Origin: Bugula neritina
Lineage: Eukaryota > Animalia > Bryozoa
Length of the DNA: 64,000 nt
Assembly: GCA_964035545.1 (NCBI GenBank)
Contig: OZ037770.1
Location: 4,310,662 to 4,374,661 of the forward strand
Direction of reading: 5' to 3'
In this document: in pieces, positions 10,196 through 17,698 of the stretch
How positions within the stretch are numbered: position 1 is the stretch's first letter
How the letters are laid out: every line of letters starts with the position of its first letter
The notes under the pieces: model-generated
Told to the model about the DNA's origin: nothing
What the model saw: only the letters and a program-made list of their open reading frames with translations
Databases searched by the model: none
Position numbers and translations under genes: made by a program

Positions 10196-10399
10196 ATGGA
10201 TCTTACCGTTGAATTACTCGATAAACTAATCGCGCAATCTAAACAAAAAAAATATTCACCATTACTCGAATATTTATATATGCCGGTAATTAGTAATACG
10301 TCTCTTAAAAATTTAAATCATAGAACAAAAAAACAAATTCCTAATATTAATAGATATTTTTATTTAAAAAGCATTTTAGTTAGAGACAAAGAACTATAA
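10196..10399 (+). CDS. Small hypothetical protein (67 aa; likely start at 10196 rather than 10166)
   Basis: In-frame ATG preceded by TATAAT; the upstream extension is low-complexity. Confidence 0.45.
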   Translation: MDLTVELLDKLIAQSKQKKYSPLLEYLYMPVISNTSLKNLNHRTKKQIPNINRYFYLKSILVRDKEL

Positions 10400-10400
10400 T

Positions 10401-10478
10401 AAATGGCGCGATACGGCACACGCAATCCGCTCTCATGACCGGTTTATTGCGCGCTATTTTAGCAGCCCGCGTTCGTTT
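10401..10478 (+). ncRNA. Candidate structured ncRNA, copy B
   Basis: Same fold as 9550-9629 with covariation; starts at TAAATG; its 11-codon ORF is in a different register from copy A. Confidence 0.6.
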
Positions 10479-10579
10479 CTCAGCGTAATATTTCATTTCA
10501 TTTTTTTAATATTTTTACTTATATATAAATAAGTAATAATATATAAAAAATTGATTACCATTAAGGAAAACAATTAGAA

Positions 10580-13500
10580 ATGGAATATTACGCTGAGAAA
10601 CTTACGATTAAAAGCTTAACAGCGTTAGCAAAAAAGCGTGGAATAAAACGATATTCCCGTTTAAATAAAACCGATTTTATGCGGTTATTAGAAGTCGAAG
10701 ACGAGTTTAAAACCGTTAAAGACTTGAAGCTTATAGCTAAACAAAAAGGGTTAAAACGATATTCTCATTTAAAAAGAGTTGAACTTATTCAACTATTAAT
10801 TAATAACGACGTTACACCCGTATTAAAAAGTGAAGCCGCTAACGGTTGGTTTCAAACTTACGAAATTAAGGGTTTACCTGGATACGATATTAATACGTTT
10901 TGCGAATTAGTAAAACTAAACGTACTAGAGTTATTAAAACCTACTATAAAAGTTAAAATATTTTTATATTGTGAAATAAAAAAGCATAATATAAGTACCG
11001 GAGAAACTATTATAGAAATTATGCCATTTACATCAAACGTTGAAATTATATTAGCTTCTACGAATATTGATGAAGTATATAATGAAATAATTCAACGTAT
11101 AAAAGAAAATTTCGCTTCATTAAACGCTAAAGGAAGTAATTGGATGTTTAATTCCATTATAAAAACGGAAATTAATATTAATAAATATCAGCCTTTTAAC
11201 GGATCATCGTGGATTGATCTTCCGAAAGAAATTAAAACGAAAAAGGCCGTAATAAATCCAAAAAATAAAGACAATAAATGCTTTATGTGGGCCATTTTAA
11301 TGGGAGTTTATCCGGTTAATAAAAATATTGAAAGAATTAATAATTATAAAGAGCACGTTAATAAATTATCGTGGGAAGGAGTAGAATTTCCGGCTACGAA
11401 AGAATCCATCGACGCTTTCGAAAAGGTTAATCCCTCAATAGGAATTAACGTATTTACGTGGGACAATAAAACGATAAATTTATGGAGAAAAACTAGCAGT
11501 CAGAATAAAATTATAAATTTACTTTATATAACTGATGGCGAAAAGAATCATTATACGTATATTAAAAATTTAAATAAATTACTCGGTTCGCAAATAAATA
11601 AACGCGTTAATGCAAAACATATTTGTATAAATTGTATGAATTCGTTTCGATCTAACGAATCATTAAAAAAGCATCAAGATTGGTGCTTAAAAAACGATAG
11701 CGTAACTACGACATTTCCAAAATTAGAAGATAAAATAAAATTTCAATCTAGTCATCATTGTCGTAGTATGAGAGTACCGTTTGTAGTATACGCGGACTTT
11801 GAATGTTTTACAAAACCTATACAAGGCTGTAAACCTAATTTTAAAGAAAGTTATACTAATCAATATCAACAGCACGAACCGTCAGGCTTTGGGTATTATA
11901 TAGTAAGCATTACCGGTGAATCTAATTATAGAACTTACACCAAAGAAGCCGAAGACGAAAATATTGGCGAACAGTTTATAAGGCTATTGGAATTTGACAT
12001 TAAAAATATTTATAAAAAATATAAATTTCCTAAACCAATGAGAATTTCAGCTGACGAGCAAAACTCTTTCGAGTTAGCTAAAATTTGCTATATATGCGAA
12101 GAAAAATTAGGCGATAAAAAAGTAAGAGATCACTGTCACTTAACCGGTAATTATAGAGGAGCCGCGCACAAAGAGTGCAACTTAAATTATAAGATTCCAA
12201 AATTTTATTCAGTATTTATTCATAACTTGTCGGGTTATGACGCCCACTTGTTTATTAAAAACTTGGGCGGTAAAATTTCCTGCATACCCAATACTGAAGA
12301 AAAATATATATCCTTTAGTAAAAAATTAATAGTAGATGAATTTACTATAGACAATAAAAATATTGAAGTTACGCGTGAAATTCGCTTTTTAGACTCATAT
12401 AAGTTTATGAGTTCTAGCTTAGCGAGCTTAGTAGCGAATTTAAAGCGCGACGACTTTAAACACTTAGGTGAATATTATAAGGGAAAACAATTAGACTTAG
12501 TATTAAGAAAAGGAGTATTTCCGTACGACTATTTTAATAATCTAAGCGTATTGGATGAAACGTCTTTACCACCTAAAGAAAAGTTTTATTCAAGCTTAAC
12601 CGAGCAAAATATTTCGGAAGAAGATTATATACACGCTCAAAACGTTTGGAAGGAGTTTAATATGGAAACGTTTAGAGAATACCATAATTTATATTTAAAA
12701 ACCGACGTATTACAGTTAGCGGACGTGTTTGAAAACTTTAGAAATATATGTCTCGAACACTATAAATTGGATCCCGCTTGGTATTATACGGCTCCCGGCT
12801 TGTCGTGGGACGCTATGCTCAAAACTACTGAATTAAAGTTAGACCCAATTACCGACATTAACCAACTACTCTTCTTCGAAAAGGCTATTAGAGGTGGTGT
12901 GAGCGTAATTAGTCATAGACACGCTAAAGCCAATAATAAATACATGAAAAATTATAATCCCAAAGAGCCTAGTAGTTATATCGTATATTTAGACGCTAAT
13001 AACTTATACGGTTGGGCTATGTCTAAAAATTTACCCACGGGTAATTTTAAGTGGCTAACCGAAAAGCAATGTAAAAGTTTGGAAAAAAGTTTAAATTTTC
13101 CGCCTAGCTTTTTAGAAGTAGATTTGGAATATTCTAAAAAATTACACGACTCGCATAAAGATTATCCATTCTGCCCCGAAAGATTAACGATTAATAAAGT
13201 GGAAAAATTAATTCCCAACTTAAATAATAAAAAGAATTATATTATACATTACGAGGCGTTAAAACAATGCCTTATGTATGGCTTAAAATTAACGAAGATT
13301 CATAGAGGTATAACCTTTAATGAATCGAATAAGTTAGAAAAATATATAAAATTAAATACCGAACTAAGAACTTTAGCTCGAAGCGATTTTGAAAAAGATT
13401 TCTTTAAACTAATGAATAATTCCGTGTTTGGTAAAACGATGGAAGATATTCGTAATAGAGTTAACGTTAAGTTGGTTACTAGCGAAAGCGAAGCTAAAAA

Positions 13501-14182
13501 GTTTACTAATCAACCAAACTTTAAAAACTTCACTATATTTTCCAAAAATTTAATAGCCGTTCATATGAACGTAACTAAATTAAAGTTTGATAAACCCGTA
13601 TATTTGGGAGCCGCAATTTTGGATATTAGTAAAATCCTTATATATGACTTTCATTACGAGTATATTAAACATAAATACAATAATAAAGCGCAATTGTTAT
13701 TTACGGATACGGATAGTTTAATGTATCACGTAAAAACAGAAAATTTTTATAAGGATATATTACCAGATATTAAAAATAAATTTGATACTAGTAATTATCC
13801 TAAAAATCATAAATCGGGTATACCAACCGGTAAAAATAAAAAAATAATAGGAAAATTTAAGGATGAAGCCGGTGGCAAACAAATTACGGAGTTTGTAGGC
13901 CTAAGGGCTAAATTGTATTCTTATAAAATGGATAATATAGAAGAGAAAAAATGTAAAGGTATTAATAAAACAACTCGCGATAATCGCATAACGTTTGACG
14001 ATTATAAAGAGTGTTTATTAACGCGACAAGATCAGCTTAGAACAATGAACGTGCTAAGAAGTCATAAGCATACAATGTACGCTGAAACAATAAATAAAGT
14101 GGCGTTATCATCCGAAGACGATAAAAGAATTATATTAGAAGACGGTATAATGACAGTCCCTTACGGTTATATAAATGATTAA
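10580..14182 (+). CDS. Protein-primed family B DNA polymerase (pPolB) with two N-terminal Rho-N/HEH-like repeats and an endonuclease VII-like insert
   Basis: Exonuclease motifs VYADFE, HNLSGYD and YLKTDV; polymerase motifs YLDANNLYG, KLMNNSVFGK and FTDTDS; CYIC...RDHCHLTG..RG..H..CN (EndoVII-like). Confidence 0.96.
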   Translation: MEYYAEKLTIKSLTALAKKRGIKRYSRLNKTDFMRLLEVEDEFKTVKDLKLIAKQKGLKRYSHLKRVELIQLLINNDVTPVLKSEAANGWFQTYEIKGLPGYDINTFCELVKLNVLELLKPTIKVKIFLYCEIKKHNISTGETIIEIMPFTSNVEIILASTNIDEVYNEIIQRIKENFASLNAKGSNWMFNSIIKTEININKYQPFNGSSWIDLPKEIKTKKAVINPKNKDNKCFMWAILMGVYPVNKNIERINNYKEHVNKLSWEGVEFPATKESIDAFEKVNPSIGINVFTWDNKTINLWRKTSSQNKIINLLYITDGEKNHYTYIKNLNKLLGSQINKRVNAKHICINCMNSFRSNESLKKHQDWCLKNDSVTTTFPKLEDKIKFQSSHHCRSMRVPFVVYADFECFTKPIQGCKPNFKESYTNQYQQHEPSGFGYYIVSITGESNYRTYTKEAEDENIGEQFIRLLEFDIKNIYKKYKFPKPMRISADEQNSFELAKICYICEEKLGDKKVRDHCHLTGNYRGAAHKECNLNYKIPKFYSVFIHNLSGYDAHLFIKNLGGKISCIPNTEEKYISFSKKLIVDEFTIDNKNIEVTREIRFLDSYKFMSSSLASLVANLKRDDFKHLGEYYKGKQLDLVLRKGVFPYDYFNNLSVLDETSLPPKEKFYSSLTEQNISEEDYIHAQNVWKEFNMETFREYHNLYLKTDVLQLADVFENFRNICLEHYKLDPAWYYTAPGLSWDAMLKTTELKLDPITDINQLLFFEKAIRGGVSVISHRHAKANNKYMKNYNPKEPSSYIVYLDANNLYGWAMSKNLPTGNFKWLTEKQCKSLEKSLNFPPSFLEVDLEYSKKLHDSHKDYPFCPERLTINKVEKLIPNLNNKKNYIIHYEALKQCLMYGLKLTKIHRGITFNESNKLEKYIKLNTELRTLARSDFEKDFFKLMNNSVFGKTMEDIRNRVNVKLVTSESEAKKFTNQPNFKNFTIFSKNLIAVHMNVTKLKFDKPVYLGAAILDISKILIYDFHYEYIKHKYNNKAQLLFTDTDSLMYHVKTENFYKDILPDIKNKFDTSNYPKNHKSGIPTGKNKKIIGKFKDEAGGKQITEFVGLRAKLYSYKMDNIEEKKCKGINKTTRDNRITFDDYKECLLTRQDQLRTMNVLRSHKHTMYAETINKVALSSEDDKRIILEDGIMTVPYGYIND

Positions 14183-14588
14183 AATAAAAAATATAAAATT
14201 ACAAAATAAAGCTCTCTCAAATATTGAATTAGAGTTCGCGATTAAAAAATTAAAAATACCATTTTTTAGAGGAGTATTTTCAAGAAACGATTTACCCAAT
14301 AAACTACGTAAAAAAGAGTGCGGTATATTAAATTTAGACAATTTAATGGGTAACGGTACTCATTGGGTAGCTTGGTATAAAAATAAAAATAAAAAATATT
14401 ATTTCGATAGTTTTGGATTACATCCTCCGCTAGAAATAATGAAATATTTAAAACCGCCTATATTTTATAACACGGAACGAGTACAAAAATTCGGTACCGT
14501 TATATGCGGACACTTGTGTTTATATTGGCTTAAAGAAATGTCTAAACGCGAGTCGCCTCAATTAATTATAAATAAATTACTTATATAA
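14175..14588 (+). CDS. Adenain-like cysteine maturation protease
   Basis: GTHWVA (His), YFDSFG (Asp), Q...CGHLC (Gln/Cys). Confidence 0.93.
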   Translation: MIKIKNIKLQNKALSNIELEFAIKKLKIPFFRGVFSRNDLPNKLRKKECGILNLDNLMGNGTHWVAWYKNKNKKYYFDSFGLHPPLEIMKYLKPPIFYNTERVQKFGTVICGHLCLYWLKEMSKRESPQLIINKLLI

Positions 14589-15101
14589 ATGACTTCAGTT
14601 TATATTTTTGGAAATTCAGCTAATATAATAAATGAACAACCGTATATTACGAATATTATAATTCCGTCAGAATTTACGTATTATTTAGGAGGATTTACTA
14701 CTACATTAATTAAAGATTTTTTAGTCGATGAACCGATTGAAATAACAGATATATTAGTACAATTTTACGGTGAACAAGCTCATAATACTAAAAAACTTTA
14801 TTGGACTGATAAGCGAATAGGCTTACATATTAGAAATAGTACTGAATTATTTAATCCATCCAATGAAAATACTTTTTATAATATAAGCGGTAATGAACAC
14901 AATCTTCCGTTTAGTGAATTAAACGCTAATAAAATTATTGAAGCTAATAAAAACTTTAAATTAACAATAGCGTTATCAAAAAATTATCCTAGTCATAAAC
15001 CTAGCGACATAATTTTAATCGATACTCCCGCTAGCGAAATAACCGATGCGGCATTACCTTTTCATTACGTATTAGTAAAACTTTATTATAACTATAAATG
15101 A
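14589..15101 (+). CDS. Tandem paralogue 1, unknown beta-rich protein (170 aa)
   Basis: Closely similar to the next two ORFs (QFYG, LYWTDK, YPSHKP, LPFHYVLVKLYYNYK). Confidence 0.75.
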   Translation: MTSVYIFGNSANIINEQPYITNIIIPSEFTYYLGGFTTTLIKDFLVDEPIEITDILVQFYGEQAHNTKKLYWTDKRIGLHIRNSTELFNPSNENTFYNISGNEHNLPFSELNANKIIEANKNFKLTIALSKNYPSHKPSDIILIDTPASEITDAALPFHYVLVKLYYNYK

Positions 15102-15631
15102 ATTCGGTATATATTTTTGGAAATTCAGCTAAGGCTAATATAATAAATGAAAAACCATATATTACGGATATTATAATTCCGTCATATTTTTTACATATTT
15201 ACTTTCCTGACAGATTTGAAGGAATATTAATTAGAGATTTTTTAGTCGATGAACCAATTGAAATAACAAATATATTAATACAATTTTACGGTGAACAAGA
15301 TCATAATACTAAAGAACTTTATTGGACTGATAAACAACTAAGCTTAGAAATTAGAGATAGCGCTAATACATTTAAGCATGGTGCAGTCACTGAAAATATT
15401 TTTTCTTATGATATAAGCGGTGCTGAGCATAATGTTCCGTTTAGCGAAATAAACGCTAATAAAATTATTGAAGCTAATAAAAATTTTACATTATCAATGA
15501 CATTATCAAAAACTTATCCTAGTCATAAACCTAGTAATGTTATTTTAACCGATACTCCCGATAGCGAAATAACCAATGCGGCATTACCTTTTCATTACGT
15601 ATTAGTAAAACTTTATTATAATTATAAATGA
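15098..15631 (+). CDS. Tandem paralogue 2 (177 aa)
   Basis: Same motifs; overlaps both neighbours through ATGA start/stop junctions. Confidence 0.75.
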   Translation: MNSVYIFGNSAKANIINEKPYITDIIIPSYFLHIYFPDRFEGILIRDFLVDEPIEITNILIQFYGEQDHNTKELYWTDKQLSLEIRDSANTFKHGAVTENIFSYDISGAEHNVPFSEINANKIIEANKNFTLSMTLSKTYPSHKPSNVILTDTPDSEITNAALPFHYVLVKLYYNYK

Positions 15632-16206
15632 ATATTTATAAATTTAGTAAAGTCGATATAACGACTAATAAAGCGTTTATTTCAGGTCTTATTAACGCCA
15701 ATAAATTTTATTATTACGAAAATATTAATAGTTTTACAGTAGATTTAATTAACGATTATTTAGTAAATAAACCAATTAAAATAACACACGCATTAATACA
15801 ATTTTATGGTGACCGTTTTACTTGGGCTAAAAAAAGAGTATTATATTGGACCGATAAAAAAATAGGTTTACATATTCGTAATAGCGTAAATCCATTTGAT
15901 GAATCTAAAGAAAATTTATTTTATACTATTAGCGGTGCCGAACATAATGTTCCATATAGTAAAATAAATATTAATAAAACCGTTAACGCTAATAATAATT
16001 TTTCCTTTACAATAGCTCTTTCGAGTGATTATCCAAGTCATAAACCCGATGACGTAATTTTAACCGATACTCCTACTAACGAAATATATACCCAATCATT
16101 ACCTTTTTTTGGGTATATTTTAAACTTTATTATAATAGCATTCATGAATAATCTACTAATAATTATTTTTTTTAAAATAAATAATTTTACACTACTAATA
16201 AAATAA
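15628..16206 (+). CDS. Tandem paralogue 3, with a probable 1-nt deletion near the C-terminus
   Basis: Same motifs; the conserved KLYYN ending lies in another frame near 16122-16136. Confidence 0.7.
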   Translation: MNIYKFSKVDITTNKAFISGLINANKFYYYENINSFTVDLINDYLVNKPIKITHALIQFYGDRFTWAKKRVLYWTDKKIGLHIRNSVNPFDESKENLFYTISGAEHNVPYSKININKTVNANNNFSFTIALSSDYPSHKPDDVILTDTPTNEIYTQSLPFFGYILNFIIIAFMNNLLIIIFFKINNFTLLIK

Positions 16207-16306
16207 TAAAGGGTAAATTACTGTTATAACACTCTTCAAAAAAAGTGAGCCAAAACCATCCACCCTAAAAATATTTTTTTTATTTTTAAAAATAAATATT
16301 TTTCTA

Positions 16307-16467
16307 AATAATATTACACTATTTTTTATAATATTATACTACTTTTTATAATATTACTAATAGAGTAGTAGCAGGTGGATGCGTCCTGGATCGCTCTTCT
16401 GACACTGGCGAGTCAAAGACTCGACGGTGGAAGAAGAGTGAGCCAGGACCATCCACCTGCTACTACT
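16307..16467 (-). repeat. Right TIR of the Polinton
   Basis: Inverted copy of 1806-1966; the inner boundary is approximate. Confidence 0.95.
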
Positions 16468-16531
16468 TATATATATATATAAATAGGTATACGAGAAAGA
16501 TTGTTGATTTATTACTTTATTAGGTAAAGTA

Positions 16532-16580
16532 ATTCTACTGATATTTCGGGTACCACTGTACCGATCTTCAGAGTAGCAAT
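16532..16580 (-). ncRNA. Minimal hammerhead ribozyme (Penelope family 1), stem II mismatch
   Basis: CUGAAGA-U-CGGUAC-AGUG-GUACCC-GAAA-UAUC on the minus strand. Confidence 0.7.
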
Positions 16581-16671
16581 GAATGAAATTCAAAAATTAT
16601 TACATTACATTAGACGTTAAGCATGACACAAAGAATAGAGAGTGGCAGTTATTGTAAATTATTGAAACTTA

Positions 16672-17431
16672 CACAGCTAGATAGTTAAGGGCATCCTCAC
16701 TAAGAATATCACAAATTTCTCTCAAAATGTAGTTTAGGTTCTTGAATAATATTGCTCTGCGGGTGGCATGCGTGTTGCCTACTTGCAATTGTTTAGCCTA
16801 AGATTAAACTACAACCAATAAGCAGCAACCTTCATTAGGGCTGCGTTATCTATCAACATTTCATTATGGGTGCTACATAAACAAAGTACAAAGCAAGCTA
16901 TTCATTATAGCCTGCCAACTATAGCAAGCCTGTAAATTAGATTGTACGCGCCAATATCTTCTCATCCCTACGTGCTCATTGAAGCGCAAAGTACTGCGCG
17001 CTGCTAATTATTTATGAAAAAATATAGCATTTTAGTGTATAAATCCCCAATTTATGGGCAATCTAAAAGAGGTATTGAAAAAATAAAAAAGTTGCACTGG
17101 AGAAATACCTCAGGATTCCAGCAGTGCAATTTTTATTCAGATATCATGCTTTGCTGCTGAGATATTTTACTGGTACTGAAAAGTCAGCTTTTCAGGCAAA
17201 ATTGGCCAAAATTGGGCAGTTTTTTGTCTATAACTTCCCAAAAAAAATGATAATTGAAATTTCCAAAAAATTTACACTGGAGAAAAAGAAGATCTACAAC
17301 ATAGTTTTTGAATTTTGACTCTAGCACAATTAGGTGAGATTTTATTTTACTGTTACTGAATTCTCATATGATTACAATGCAAACCTCAGCAAGGCAGTTG
17401 CAGCTAAAAGGTTGCCCTTAACTATCCTGTG
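16672..17431. mobile_element. Non-autonomous DNA transposon (MITE) with CACAG...CTGTG ends and 2-bp TSD (TA); CMC/EnSpm-like
   Basis: TIR CACAG(CTA)GATAGTTAAGGGCA / TGCCCTTAACTATCCTGTG; interrupts the Penelope sequence; second copy at 48967-49724. Confidence 0.85.
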
Positions 17432-17698
17432 TAGGGAGATTTATAATCTTATTTTATATATTACGCAGGTCAAAAATTATACTGATTTTTTTTGCACAAA
17501 AAAATAAAATAGAGTTGACAAAAAAAATAGATATCCAAATATAAAAACAGCAAGAATTAGTGAAACTATGTGAAAGTTGAGTAGTGTGGAGCTATTGATA
17601 TAGTTTTAGTGGTATGGAGTAACTTTGTTTATTGAGTTGCGGTTTTATTTGTTTAATGTAGAGAGCTTCGGCTACTTTTCGATGGTGGATTCCTTTAA

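Noticed and set aside
5914-14341. Short antisense ORFs within Polinton genes (5914-6129, 7127-7390, 14135-14341)
   Set aside because: Shadow ORFs opposite well-supported genes, with no recognisable protein motifs.
16357-16593. 78-aa ORF resembling the end of ORF 1650-1916
   Set aside because: The similarity comes only from the TIR; the ORF crosses the Polinton/Penelope junction.
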